A stretch of DNA of 64,000 nt from an uncultured delta proteobacterium (GTDB lineage: Bacteria; Desulfobacterota; Binatia; JACPRU01), in the NCBI GenBank assembly GCA_963745025.1, contig CAVUWD010000016.1, positions 576,001 to 640,000 of the forward strand. The letters are read 5' to 3'. Shown in pieces: positions 45,236 through 57,006 of this stretch. Within the stretch, counting starts at the first letter, position 1. Each line of letters begins with the position of its first letter. A model generated the notes under the pieces. That model did no database searches. It had not been told where the DNA came from and worked only from the letters and a program-made list of their open reading frames with translations. The translations under genes and the position numbers were made by a program.

Positions 45236-45251
45236 AGCAATCCCTATGCCG
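45236..45251 (-). promoter_or_regulatory. Sigma-54 -24/-12 promoter
   Basis: CGGCATAGGGATTGCT on the minus strand; a TGT-N10-ACA site lies at 45344-45359. Confidence 0.6.
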
Positions 45252-45721
45252 CTGGCACGGCATCGAAAAATTGCGGAAATATACACATTCTTGTGGAGAC
45301 CGATGGCTTTTACTGACGGACACATTTTGTCAATCGTCACTTCTGTCTCGATGGTGACACGGTTTAACCCGCGGATGATGAGCGGTGCTACCGAACGGGG
45401 TCAGAAAGAGAAGAGGTGCTGCGCTCTCCAAAACGTCGCATGGAACGCCTCGTCGATCGGTCGGGCGAACTCGATCCCTCGTTCGCACACACCTCTCGGT
45501 TCGGCAGCCTCACACCCGGGCGGCGCGTTCGCAAGGACAAATCCCACACGGCTTCTACCATGTGCGGCGGGCGAGGGGCGCCGGGTCCGCAAATCGGAGC
45601 GCTCGCGAGCTTGCGAGGGGACGCAAAAGAGAGGCATGAAGACGATTGCGAGGGAGAGCCGGCCTCGACGACTCAAGCGTGCCGTGGTGAAGGCGCTCGG
45701 CCGATTCAGGAGAAGGCGATC

Positions 45722-46363
45722 ATGAAAATCTACGACTGGCGGCTGGCGCCGAACCCGCGACGGGTTCGCATGTATCTCGCCGAAAAAGGCATCGAGGTCC
45801 CGTACGAGGAGGTGGGTGTACCGCAGGAGCTCCGCCTGAAACCGGACTATCTGGCCAAGTACCCCGAGCACGCGATGGTGCCGATGCTCGAGCTCGACGA
45901 CGGCACGTGCATCGGCGAGGCCATGGCGATCTGCCGCTACTTCGAAGAGCTCCATCCCGACCCGCCGCTCATGGGCACCGACGCAAGGGACAAAGCCATC
46001 GTCGACATGTGGGAGCGGCGAGCGTGCGAAGGCATGCTGTCGATGTCCGAGGCTCTCCGCAACGCAAGCCCTGGCTTCGTCGATCGCTCGCTCCCGGGTT
46101 ATCCCGATCGGCCGCTGAAGCAGATTCCCGGCCTGATCGAGCGCGGCAGAGCCCGCCTCGGTCGTTTCTTCTCGACCTTCGACGGGCAGCTTGCCAAGCA
46201 TCGCTACGTCACGGGCGAGCGCTTCACCGTGGCGGACATCACCGCTCTGTGCCTCGTCGATTTCCTTGGCTTCGCGAAGGTGGAGGTTCCCGAGGAATGC
46301 CGCCATCTCCATCGCTGGCACGGGGAGGTAGTCGATCGCCCGAGCGCGCAAGCGTCGCGCTGA
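45722..46363 (+). CDS. Glutathione S-transferase family
   Basis: APNPRRVR..LAEKG, VPMLELDDG, AICRYFE, FTVADI. Confidence 0.92.
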   Translation: MKIYDWRLAPNPRRVRMYLAEKGIEVPYEEVGVPQELRLKPDYLAKYPEHAMVPMLELDDGTCIGEAMAICRYFEELHPDPPLMGTDARDKAIVDMWERRACEGMLSMSEALRNASPGFVDRSLPGYPDRPLKQIPGLIERGRARLGRFFSTFDGQLAKHRYVTGERFTVADITALCLVDFLGFAKVEVPEECRHLHRWHGEVVDRPSAQASR

Positions 46364-46474
46364 CGGCCGCGGGAAGAATCACGCGTTTATGCGGACTCAC
46401 GCGGGCTGCGCCGCAACCTCAAGGGGCTCGCGCGCGCAATTGACTCGCATGCGGTTATCGGGTCTGGTCCGGCG

Positions 46475-47101
46475 ATGGCCCGAGCCGACCACGTCCGCGA
46501 TTCGCGCCCGGCTGGCGCGCTCGCCCATTTTCTCGGTCGCGCGTGGCTACGCGCGTTCGGGCGGCGCGTGGAAGGCCACCTGCCGATGACACCGAAGGTT
46601 GTGGTGATCGCCGCGCCGCACACGAGCAACTGGGATCTCCCCTTCATGCTGGCGACAGCCTTCGTGTTGGGCGTGCGGCCTTCGTGGCTCGGCAAACGAG
46701 AGCTCTTCCGCACCCCCTTCCGCCGGCTCATGTGCTGGCTCGGGGGCGTGCCGGTGGATCGCTCGCGGCGCGCGAACCTGGTCGAGCAGGTGGTCGCGCG
46801 CGCCGAGGCGGAGCGGCTGTTCCTCGTCATCCCGCCGTCCGGGACGCGGCGCCGCGTGCCACACTGGAAGTCCGGCTTCTATCACGTCGCGCGCGGCGCC
46901 GGCGTGCCGATCGTCTGCTCGTTCCTCGATTACGGGCGGCGCGTCGCGGGCATCGGCCCGACCGTGGTGGCGACAGGCGACGTCGGCAAGGACATGGACG
47001 TGGTGCGCGCGTTCTACGCGCCGATCGAGGGTCGGTACCCCGAGAATACGACGCCGATCCGGCTGCCCGAGGAGGATGCGCCGGCGGTGGCGCGCGCTTG
47101 A
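46475..47101 (+). CDS. Lysophospholipid acyltransferase (PlsC family)
   Basis: PHTSNWD, GVPVDR, P.GTR, WKSGFY. Confidence 0.9.
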   Translation: MARADHVRDSRPAGALAHFLGRAWLRAFGRRVEGHLPMTPKVVVIAAPHTSNWDLPFMLATAFVLGVRPSWLGKRELFRTPFRRLMCWLGGVPVDRSRRANLVEQVVARAEAERLFLVIPPSGTRRRVPHWKSGFYHVARGAGVPIVCSFLDYGRRVAGIGPTVVATGDVGKDMDVVRAFYAPIEGRYPENTTPIRLPEEDAPAVARA

Positions 47102-47262
47102 TTCAAGGGACCGCGCTCCTGCCCCCTATTTCCCAGGTGAGCGCGCGGCGCCGTTCGATCTCATCGACTTCCGGTAGCTTCCCGACCCTTGCAGTCGCGA
47201 TCCTTTGTCTGTATTTACGCGTCGGCTGTCGTCGAACTAATGAAGATCTGACGGAGGAAACG

Positions 47263-47694
47263 ATGAGATCGAATCGTCAACGGACCTGGCTGCCCACGCT
47301 CACCATCGTCGGTACCGTCGTCCTCGGCGCGGCGCTGGTCGTCGCCGCAGAGAAGAAGAAGGAGGAATGGAAGGTACCCCCGGCCGAGGCGCAGAAGAAA
47401 AATCCGGTGGCCGTGAGCGACGAGTCTCTCGCCGCGGGCAAGGAGGCCTACAACGGCCAATGCGAAGAGTGTCACGGCGCGAGCGGAAAGAACGACGGCA
47501 AGAAGATTGCCGAGATGAAGAAGGAAGATAAGGACCGGATGACGCTTCTTACGGACCCGTCAGTCGCGAAGCAAACCGACGGCGAGCTCTTCTGGAAGAT
47601 CTCCGAGGGAAAGAAGCCGATGCCCTCGGGCAAGAAGCTCATGGAACCAGACGAGATTTGGAGCGTCGTAAACTACATCCGCACGTTCAAGTAA
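47263..47694 (+). CDS. Monoheme cytochrome c
   Basis: Signal peptide, CEECH, DGELFWKI.EG..PMP; SD GGAGG. Confidence 0.9.
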   Translation: MRSNRQRTWLPTLTIVGTVVLGAALVVAAEKKKEEWKVPPAEAQKKNPVAVSDESLAAGKEAYNGQCEECHGASGKNDGKKIAEMKKEDKDRMTLLTDPSVAKQTDGELFWKISEGKKPMPSGKKLMEPDEIWSVVNYIRTFK

Positions 47695-47745
47695 CGGCGC
47701 GGTCCCGAAAAACACGGGGCGCCCGTGAGCCCGGCCGGCATCGCA

Positions 47746-47880
47746 TCGCGATCATCGTCCTCGAGAAGTCGGACCGGCCGGGCGGAAACGTTCGCACCGA
47801 CTTCATCGGCGGGTACACCTGCGAGCGGGCCCTAGCGACTTTCTCGAAAACGTCCCCGAGACGCTCGAGCTGGCGCGGGC
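47746..47880 (+). pseudogene. Protoporphyrinogen/coproporphyrinogen oxidase (HemY-type) N-terminal fragment
   Basis: IIVLEKSDRPGGNVRTDFIGGYTCE, then GP..FLENVPETLELA after a frame change; truncated at both ends. Confidence 0.6.
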
Positions 47881-48016
47881 CCGGCGGCTACCCTACGCGT
47901 TTGATCTGATACTCGAAACGACCCCGGGTCGGTGCCGTTGAATGAGCGTAGCGTGCCAAAACGGCACGTGGCCGCGCCGGCGTGCCCGGCATGCGCTCCC
48001 CTCAAGCGGCAATTCG

Positions 48017-49627
48017 CTAGGGCTTGTTCTGGGCACGCTCCGCCGCGCGCCGGCGGTCGAGCTCGCGAATCTTCAGCCAGATGATGACAGCAAGGAGCCC
48101 CATCACACCGATCGAGGCGAGCAACCCTTTGCGGCGGAAGGCCCGCTCGGCGTGGGCCTCGGCGATCAGCTTCTCGGTCTTCTCGACCGCCTCGCGCCCG
48201 GCCGTGGCGGCGACGTCGAAGCCTCCCTTGTCGAAGGTGTGAACCCGGGTACGGGCCTGCATGATCGCCTCGTCCAGCTCACCCGCCGAGTTGAGGATCG
48301 GTTCGGTGTCGAGCCCGCGCTCGGCCAGATGTTCGGCCTCGGCCGGAATCGCCTTCTGAACCTTGGTGAGCTCCACCAGGGTGGAGTGGAAGTAGCGGGC
48401 ACCCTTGTTACACTCCGGGTTGTCCTTGGAGTACTCGTCGTGGCAGGAGCCACACAGCCCGTCCTTGGCATCGGAAATGAGGTCGATGCTCGGCTTCTCG
48501 ATGTCGTGCTTGCCGTGGCACTTCGCGCACTCGGGCCACCCGTGCTTCTCGAACGCCAGCTTGTGCTTGCTGCCGTCGAAGAGCGTGCCGTTCATCACGT
48601 GGCAGGTGCGGCACACCTGGGCGACCGAGCTGATCGCGGGCGGCTGCGAGGCGTGGTTGCCATGGCAGTCATTGCAGGCGGGCGCCGAGAGATCGCCCTT
48701 CTCGAGCAGCGCCTTCCCGTGCACCGACTTCTTGAACTCCTCGAGCTGGTTGGTGGGCAGCGGCGAGCCGTCGTCCCGCTTGTAGCCCGCCATGTACTTG
48801 GCGTCAGCGTGGCAGTGGCCGCAGGTCTGGGGAATCGCCTGCGCGTGGACCGTGGAGTTGCGGCTCTTCGGCCCCCGAATGCCGTGCAATCCGTGGCAGC
48901 TCACGCATTGGGCGGCTTTGCGGTCCTTCTCCTTGAGCAGCAGCTCCCCGTGCCGGCTCTCCTGGTACTTGGCGTACTGGTCGGTCGGCATCGAGGGGTT
49001 GAAGTTCCGCATGAAGGTGGGGTCGGCGTGGCAGTGCGCGCAGAACTGCGGAATCCAGTACGGGCGCATGTTCTTGTCAGGCCAGCCTTTGCTGATCTCG
49101 TCCGTCATCTCGAGATCGGTCGTTTTGCCCCCGTGGCACCCCACGCACATCAGCCCGCGGCGAAAGTGCGCGTCAGAGAGCATCGCCTTGAGGTTGAGGC
49201 GCTCCGGGGTGCCCGCCTTCTTCGGGTCGGGCGAGAAGCGGGTCCTCTTGGCATGTCCCGGGTCGGAGTGGCACAGCACGCAATTGTCCGTAAAGATGAG
49301 GTCGGCGCTCTGCGGTGACAGCTCGAGCGAGAGCAGGACCTTGAGATGGTCCGGGCTCGCGATCCTTTCGTCGGCGGCGGCCTGGCCGATCTTCTCGCGC
49401 GTGTGCAAAGGCAGCTTCTTCAGCAGCGCCCGCTCGGCGGCGCCCAGCACCGGATTGCCGTCCTCGCCCTTCTTCTGGAAGAGCGCCTCGACCGCCTCGG
49501 GCAAAGCGCCGTCATCCTTCGGCGGCGTCTTGGCGGCCTCCGCCTTGGGAGCCTCGACCTCGGCGGCCTTGGCGTGCTCGGGCTCGGCCGCGCTCGCCAC
49601 CGCGAACAGCAGCGCGAAGGCAATCAC
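48017..49627 (-). CDS. Membrane-anchored nonaheme cytochrome c (alternative start ATG at 49720)
   Basis: Nine CxxCH motifs (CVLCH, CVGCH, CAHCH, CVSCH, CGHCH, CNDCH, CRTCH, CAKCH, CGSCH), a signal peptide and a C-terminal TM helix. Confidence 0.9.
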   Translation of the reverse strand: MIAFALLFAVASAAEPEHAKAAEVEAPKAEAAKTPPKDDGALPEAVEALFQKKGEDGNPVLGAAERALLKKLPLHTREKIGQAAADERIASPDHLKVLLSLELSPQSADLIFTDNCVLCHSDPGHAKRTRFSPDPKKAGTPERLNLKAMLSDAHFRRGLMCVGCHGGKTTDLEMTDEISKGWPDKNMRPYWIPQFCAHCHADPTFMRNFNPSMPTDQYAKYQESRHGELLLKEKDRKAAQCVSCHGLHGIRGPKSRNSTVHAQAIPQTCGHCHADAKYMAGYKRDDGSPLPTNQLEEFKKSVHGKALLEKGDLSAPACNDCHGNHASQPPAISSVAQVCRTCHVMNGTLFDGSKHKLAFEKHGWPECAKCHGKHDIEKPSIDLISDAKDGLCGSCHDEYSKDNPECNKGARYFHSTLVELTKVQKAIPAEAEHLAERGLDTEPILNSAGELDEAIMQARTRVHTFDKGGFDVAATAGREAVEKTEKLIAEAHAERAFRRKGLLASIGVMGLLAVIIWLKIRELDRRRAAERAQNKP

Positions 49628-49800
49628 ATTGCCTCTCCACGCTCGAGCCGATTCCCGAGGGCGAGCACACCCACCACCGCCAGGGCGATCGCCCCGGCGA
49701 TGCAGGGCAAAGGCAATCATATTGCCTCTCCACGCTCGAGCCGGTTCCCGAGGGCGAGCACACCCACCACCGCCACCGCCAGGGCAATCGCCCCGGCGAT
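49614..49800. repeat. Diverged tandem duplication of the cytochrome b/cytochrome c junction
   Basis: 49614-49701 vs 49707-49800; 93-bp period, one 6-bp indel and a few substitutions. Confidence 0.85.
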
Positions 49801-51099
49801 CAGGTAGTCGAGTCCCGCTAGGCCGTTGAGCACCACCTGCAGCAGCGCGGCCATCGAGAGAATGAACCACCGCCCCTTGTAGGCGATCACGCGCATGATG
49901 GTGATGCTGGCGGAGACCCCGAGAACGATCAGCGAACAGACCCAGGCGGTTGCCTTCGGGTCTGGCTCACCGGCGGGCAGGTGGCCGCCGATGTCCCAGG
50001 CCTTCAGGGTCAGGTACGATAGGAAGATGAGCGCCGCGACCGCCAGGTCGGTGAACATCGGCGACGGTTTGCCGGCCCTCGATTTCCGGTCGAGAAAGGG
50101 CACGAGCGCCCAGGTTCCCATCAGTAGGTTGACCACCATCAGCGCCGCCTGGGGCCCTTCCATGCCGAAGAGGTGCGGCGGAAACTCCTTGAGCAACTGA
50201 TAGATCCACAAGAAGTACCACTCCGGCTTGATCCCCGGGTACGCGGGCGCGAGCGGGTTAGCCTTCTTGCCGAGCTCCCAATCGATCCCGGGCACGCCTG
50301 GCCCGTAAGGCAGCTGGAACACGAGCACCGCCAGCACGATCATGCAGCACAACCAGATCAGCGCGTCGCGCATCATGAAGTCGGGGAAGAACTTCAACCC
50401 CGGCCGGTCGGGCGTCTGCTGCTTCATTGCGGGGGCCATGCCCTGCACCTGAATGAAGGCGAGGTGCACGACGATGATGCCCACGGTCACCAGCGGGAGG
50501 ATGACCACGTGGAGCGCGAAGAAGCGGTAGAGGGTGTTGATGGTGACGTCCGGGCCGCCGCGCAGCACCTCCAGCAGCCACTCTCCCACGAACGGCACGC
50601 TCTTCACCGAGTCGGTACCCACCGAAGTGGCGAAGAAGGCGAGCTCGTTCCACGGCAGCAGGTAGCCGGAGAAGCCGAAGCCGAGCACCACCCCGAACAG
50701 GCTGAAGCCGGTGACCCACGTGAGCTCGCGTGGCTTGCGGTAGGCCTTGAGGAACATGGTGGAGAACATGTGCACCACCAGCGAGAGCGTCATCAGGTGA
50801 GCGCCCCAGCAGTGAATCGAGCGCACCAGCCAGCCGAACGGCACCTTGGTCGTGATGTAACGAATCGACTCGTACGAGGTCGTCTCGCCCGCTTGGTAGT
50901 ACATCAGCAGCAGCGCGCCAGAGACGATCTGCATCGTGAAGAAGAAGAGCGTCGTTCCGCCCAGGTAGTACCAAACCATCGAGTGACCGCCGACCGGCAC
51001 CTCCTTGTGCTTGGCCCAGTCGACGAGCTTCTGAACCCCGAAGCGTTCGTCCAGCCACCCGAACAGGCGCTCGGGCACCGTCGCGTTGGCGGCGCTCAC
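49717..51099 (-). CDS. petB: Cytochrome b of a Rieske/cyt b complex (unsplit)
   Basis: YYLGG, RSIHCWGAH, HMFST, GYLLPW, RFFALHV, PEWY. Confidence 0.92.
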   Translation of the reverse strand: MSAANATVPERLFGWLDERFGVQKLVDWAKHKEVPVGGHSMVWYYLGGTTLFFFTMQIVSGALLLMYYQAGETTSYESIRYITTKVPFGWLVRSIHCWGAHLMTLSLVVHMFSTMFLKAYRKPRELTWVTGFSLFGVVLGFGFSGYLLPWNELAFFATSVGTDSVKSVPFVGEWLLEVLRGGPDVTINTLYRFFALHVVILPLVTVGIIVVHLAFIQVQGMAPAMKQQTPDRPGLKFFPDFMMRDALIWLCCMIVLAVLVFQLPYGPGVPGIDWELGKKANPLAPAYPGIKPEWYFLWIYQLLKEFPPHLFGMEGPQAALMVVNLLMGTWALVPFLDRKSRAGKPSPMFTDLAVAALIFLSYLTLKAWDIGGHLPAGEPDPKATAWVCSLIVLGVSASITIMRVIAYKGRWFILSMAALLQVVLNGLAGLDYLIAGAIALAVAVVGVLALGNRLERGEAI

Positions 51100-51551
51100 A
51101 CTGTTTCCCGCGTGATGGTCACCGCGTCGCCCTCTCTTGTCGCGACCCACATGGTGAGCGGCCGCGGCGGCGGACCCGACAACACGCGTCCGTCGAGATC
51201 GTACTTCCCGTTGTGGCAGGCACAGAGGATCAGCGAGTCGCCCGGCACGTACTGGACCGTGCACCCTTCGTGGGTGCACTTGGCGTCGAGCGCGCGCAGT
51301 TCTCCGTTGACGTCGAAGACAATCGCCTTGCGCGTACCCGAGCGGGCGATCACGAAGTGTTCCTTCTCGATCTTCGCAACTTCTTCAGGGGTGAGCTTCA
51401 ACGGGCCGGTCGCGGTCTCCGAGAGCGGCCGCAGGTAGCGCAACACGGGGTAGAGAATGCTGGCTCCCCACCCCACCACGCTCACACCCAGCAAGACGTT
51501 GAGAAAGCCGCGGCGATTCGGAGCGATCAACGGCCCATCAGTGTCAGACAT
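51096..51551 (-). CDS. Rieske 2Fe-2S protein
   Basis: Tat motif NRRGFL, CTHEGC, CACH, GPPPRPL. Confidence 0.93.
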   Translation of the reverse strand: MSDTDGPLIAPNRRGFLNVLLGVSVVGWGASILYPVLRYLRPLSETATGPLKLTPEEVAKIEKEHFVIARSGTRKAIVFDVNGELRALDAKCTHEGCTVQYVPGDSLILCACHNGKYDLDGRVLSGPPPRPLTMWVATREGDAVTITRETV

Positions 51552-51836
51552 GCCCCCCCCCGATGAGAAAGCTCTTAAGAACTCAAGATGCGACGACGAT
51601 GGCGGAAACGACGAAAACAGAACCGGCAGGCGCGACCCGCAGCACGACGTCAGTTGGCGAGGTCAAGGCGAGCAGACATGGGGAAATGCCGGCGTCCGAG
51701 AATACCCGTTATGCAGCGTTCGGCCGCTTGTGGCGGCTATCCTGATCCTCTCCTCTCGATCCTGGTTTCCAGTTCCTCCGTTTGCGTGCGTCTCTTTGTA
51801 GCATGAGAATCTGATAGCTATAAACGGCGAGGAGAT

Positions 51837-52343
51837 TCAACGTCCCGGAGGGACGGCGGTGTGCTCCGAAAGTTGTTTCGACAAATCCCGCTGGAGACTC
51901 CTCAGCCACAGGGCCTCCACTGTGAGAAATCGTTCTCCAACCACCTCGGCGATCCGTCGCATCAGGAGGTAACCGGAGGACGGGTCGGTTTCGAACAGTC
52001 GATGGAGATCATGACGTGTGAAGGCGAGGAACTCGCTCGGTTCCGTCGCCTTCGCGGAAAGGGCGAAGCGGTACGGCTTGACGAGGGCGGACCAGCCGAT
52101 CGTCTGCCCGGGCAATGCGGACTCGACGCAGACGTCCTCCACAACTCCGCCGAGGGACAACGGTAAGCACAGGTCGACCCTGCCGGAGAGGACCGCGTAG
52201 ATGCGGTCCGCGGCGTCACCGAGCAGAAAGACGTATTCTCCCTTCCGGCAGGATTGGGTTCGGGCAATCGCCGCCAGTCGTAATCGCTGCGATTCGTCCA
52301 GTCCTTCCAGAATATCGATTTTCCGCAAGACGTCCGGGTCCAT
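51837..52343 (-). CDS. Stand-alone cNMP-binding (Crp-like) domain protein
   Basis: GEYVF..GD.AD.IY.V.SG.V and PGQTIGWSAL; no obvious HTH. Confidence 0.85.
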   Translation of the reverse strand: MDPDVLRKIDILEGLDESQRLRLAAIARTQSCRKGEYVFLLGDAADRIYAVLSGRVDLCLPLSLGGVVEDVCVESALPGQTIGWSALVKPYRFALSAKATEPSEFLAFTRHDLHRLFETDPSSGYLLMRRIAEVVGERFLTVEALWLRSLQRDLSKQLSEHTAVPPGR

Positions 52344-52367
52344 GGGCTTTCCTTAATCCACCAACGC

Positions 52368-52706
52368 TTAGTTCGTCGCCGCCTTTCGCATCGCGAACGT
52401 CTCGGAAGCGCGGCAGAGCGTCTCCACAGACGGGCTCGTCACGAACTCATCGGCCGCCGCGCGTTCCCTCGCCAGGTAGTCCTCGATTTGCACGACGACG
52501 GCGCGTCCGACCCGCACCTTCGGATCGACGGAGCCGGGCTTGGCGAAGAAGCGTGGTTCCCTGACGAGTTCTTCCGCCAGATTCCCCTCTTCCGCGGCGC
52601 GGGTCCGTCTTTTCGCCTCGATGCTGAGGTAACCGACGATCAGCATGAGAAAGGTGGGCACGATCATCAGCGCGATGAGTAGAGTCACGAGTACTGGGGT
52701 GGGCAT
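52368..52706 (-). CDS. Small single-TM hypothetical protein
   Basis: SD GAGGAG and an N-terminal TM helix; first gene after the sigma-54 promoter. Confidence 0.7.
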   Translation of the reverse strand: MPTPVLVTLLIALMIVPTFLMLIVGYLSIEAKRRTRAAEEGNLAEELVREPRFFAKPGSVDPKVRVGRAVVVQIEDYLARERAAADEFVTSPSVETLCRASETFAMRKAATN

Positions 52707-52771
52707 GGGGTTTTCTCCTCTGTTGCCGGAGAGGCTTCCCTTCGAAGCCTCTTTTGTTGTCACTAGATGAA

Positions 52772-52787
52772 TGCAACCCACATACCA
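52772..52787 (-). promoter_or_regulatory. Sigma-54 -24/-12 promoter
   Basis: TGGTATGTGGGTTGCA on the minus strand. Confidence 0.75.
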
Positions 52788-52802
52788 GTCGCGTATCCTC
52801 CG

Positions 52803-52815
52803 TAATGCTATGATT
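52803..52815 (-). promoter_or_regulatory. IHF-like site
   Basis: AATCATAGCATTA, one mismatch to WATCAANNNNTTR, lying between the UAS pair and the promoter. Confidence 0.5.
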
Positions 52816-52850
52816 TCACGCCGAATTCAGGCATGGCGCAGAGGACATAT

Positions 52851-52893
52851 CTGACAATCGGTCAGGACGAAAGTTACCGAGACTGACGGAATG

Positions 52894-52897
<4 letters not shown>
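52851..52897. promoter_or_regulatory. Two enhancer-like palindromes CTGAC-N5-GTCAG
   Basis: Copies at 52851-52865 and 52883-52897, 32 bp apart. Confidence 0.7.
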
Positions 52898-54296
<1,399 letters not shown>

Positions 54297-54300
<4 letters not shown>

Positions 54301-56191
54301 GATCCCTCCACGCCTGCACGCCGAAAGATGATCTCGAAGCAGGAACCCACGCCGACTTCGCTCCGCACCATCTGGAGATCGCCTCCGAAGCGGCGCGCGA
54401 AGCTCCGTGAGAGGAATAGGCCAAGTCCCGTCCCATGCCGCTTCGAGCTCCGGAACGGCTCGAACAAGTGCTTGCAAAATTCCGGCGTGATGCCACTCCC
54501 CGTATCACTGACCAGAATCCGCACGTCCTCACCGACACGGAAGCCCACCGTGACCGCCCCTCCCCGGCCGCCGAGCGAATCGATCGCATTCACGAGGAGG
54601 TTCACGAGGACGTGCTGGACGACCTCGACGTTCGCAGTGACCGCGGGAAGCTGCTCATCCCCCGTGACGGAAACGGATGCACCGGCCTCCTTAGCCGTCG
54701 GTGCAACCAGCGCGATGACCGATTCCACGACCGCCCTCAGGTCGATCGGCTCGACGGAAGGCGGAATGCCTCGCGAGAACCGCAGGAACTGCTCGGTGAT
54801 TTTCCGACAGCGGAGGACTTCCTTGCGGATGATGTCCGCGTATTCGCGGATTGCCGAAAGCATCGTCTCCGCGTCGCGTTCGGACCCGGGATCGTCGATT
54901 CGACCGAGGACGGCTTCAGCGCAGATCAGCATCGAAGCCAGCGGCGTGTTCATCTCGTGCGAGAACCCCGAGGCGAGCGCGCCGAGCGACACGAGGCGCT
55001 CGACCTCTGCGAGTCGCTCTTGTTCTTTCACCCGTTCGCTGATGTCGCGCCAGACCTCGACCACCTGCACGACCCTACCGTTGTCGTCGAACACGGGGAA
55101 GAGTGGACTTCCTCCACGACCTCTGTGTCCCGATCTTCCGAACCGACGCGGAACACCGCACGTTGCACCTCGCCGTTCGCCATGCAGTGTGCGGTCAGGC
55201 AGTCGGCGCCGTCCCGTCCGCCATCGAGCATGCACTGAACCGCCTCGCTGCATCGGCGGCCCCGGAGCGTCTCGGGCGGGACACCGAATCGTTTGCAGAA
55301 GGAATTGTTGGCGGCGACCACGCGGTAGTCATCGTCGAGCACCACGAGACCGTCATCGACGCTGTTCAGCACGCTCCGCAGTTGGGCTTCTTGATCGCGC
55401 ACCTCGTTGATGAGGCGCGAGACCGAAGCGGCCATGTTGTTGAACTCTGCGGCCACGGTGGTGATCATGTCGTTGCCATCGACCACGGCCCGCTGCCCCA
55501 GTTCACCGCCGGCGATGGCCCGCGCCGTTCGACCCAGCCGCGCCAGCCGGACGAGGACCAACTGTCGCAAAACGACGGCCATGCCCCCGAGCAGGAGGAG
55601 CGCGAGGCCCACCGTGCCGGCGACGATCCAGCCGGTATCGCGCCGCAGCTGTGCCTGAGCCTCCGCCAGCGAAACGTCGAGGATGAGAATTCCGTTCAGG
55701 CGCTTTTTTGAATCGTGGCAATTTTGACATTCGGGCCGGTTCTCGAGAGGTAGAACTGTCCGCAGCGCGGCGCCTCCCTCGAGCAGGACATCGCGCTTGC
55801 GCTCTTCGGGCTTCAGGGAGTGACACGTCAGGCACGTCCCTTCTTCCTCCGGGGAGAGCTTCTTGTCGACGAGGTCCGCGCGGCTCGCGAAACGGATGAT
55901 GCCTTCGTGATCGAGGATCATCGCGTTTCGCACGTCGGGCTGCGTTCCGATCTCCTCGAGGAGCTTAGAAACCACCTTGTGCTCCCCCCGGACCAACCGC
56001 TGGCGGAGCGCGGTCTGGAGGACGAGGTTCTGCATCTCTGCCGCGCGACGCCGGGCCTCGATCGTGCGCTGCAGATGGAGGCGGGAAAGCGCGAGCAAAC
56101 CGACCGCGAGCGGAACGACGACAAGGAGGGTGATCCCGACGGCGAGTCGGATCGTCAAGGGGTCGACGCCCAAGACTCGACGATTGATCAA
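54297..56191 (-). CDS. Sensor histidine kinase with periplasmic diheme-c domain, HAMP and PAS (frameshift near 55095)
   Basis: Two TM helices flank CLTCH and CQNCH; H-box HEMNTP, NLLVNA, DTGSG, GTGLGL. Confidence 0.88.
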
Positions 56192-56433
56192 CCGGCATCC
56201 TCCCGACAAGTATGGGTCGAAGGCTATCACGCGTCCAATAAGCAATTCAAAGGCCAGCGCTCACTTCGAGGCCAAAGACGTTGCTTCGAGATTCCGGACT
56301 GCTTGATAGGCCTTCGCCACGCTTCGCCCGGCAACGTTACGTGTGACATCGGCGGACGTGGAGGGGCAAGAACGGGGCAAATAGTCATGATCGACTCGAC
56401 AAAGAAGGACGTAACTGCTTGAAATTGCTTTTG

Positions 56434-56507
56434 GCCCCCGTAGCTCAGGTGGATAGAGCACAGGATTCCTAATCCTGGGGTCGCGCGTTCGAGTCGCGCC
56501 GGGGGCA
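56434..56507 (+). tRNA. tRNA-Arg(CCT)
   Basis: Acceptor stem GCCCCCG/CGGGGGC, D-arm TAGCTCAG..GGATAGAGC, anticodon arm CAGGA-TTCCTAA-TCCTG, T-loop GTTCGAGT. Confidence 0.97.
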
Positions 56508-56628
56508 TTGATATTTCAGGCACTTGCGTTCTTCTCCTCACCGCCCTCGCCCTCAAAGTGTCCAGAAAGTGTCCACGACGGTCCACAGAGGAACTTCGTG
56601 AAGGCGGCGACGGCGGTGCGCGGCCGAC

Positions 56629-57006
56629 GTGCTGATTCCTACCGACGCCAAGGTCGTTCGGACCTTCACGATCCCTCGACCGGAGGGTCCGACCTCTCGC
56701 GCGCTATGCCGCGCTTGCGACCTTCCCCACACGGATCTCCTCTGCTCCCACTTCGTCCACGTCGGGATCAAGGGGTTGCGCAATAGCGTCGAGGCATACA
56801 AACGCGACTTCGTGGAGGCGCTCTGCGACCGCGGCGAGCAAGAGCGGCTGAACAGCGCATGGGTGCAATGCGTCGCGGGCGGCAATCCTTGCTGGCAACG
56901 CCGTGTGGAGATCGAGGATCTTGATTTCGCCCTCGAGGTCGCCGGACTCCCGGCGGAGTTCACGGTAGCGCGCCCCTCCCCGACGGGCCCGATGATTTTT
57001 GTTTGA
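56629..57006 (+). CDS. Cys-rich hypothetical protein (possibly a 3' fragment)
   Basis: 125-aa ORF with CRAC, CSH and three more Cys. Confidence 0.45.
   Translation: MLIPTDAKVVRTFTIPRPEGPTSRALCRACDLPHTDLLCSHFVHVGIKGLRNSVEAYKRDFVEALCDRGEQERLNSAWVQCVAGGNPCWQRRVEIEDLDFALEVAGLPAEFTVARPSPTGPMIFV

Noticed and set aside
45253-45274. Plus-strand TGGCACG as a sigma-54 promoter
   Set aside because: The TTGC is not at the required spacing; the minus-strand box at 45236-45251 fits instead.
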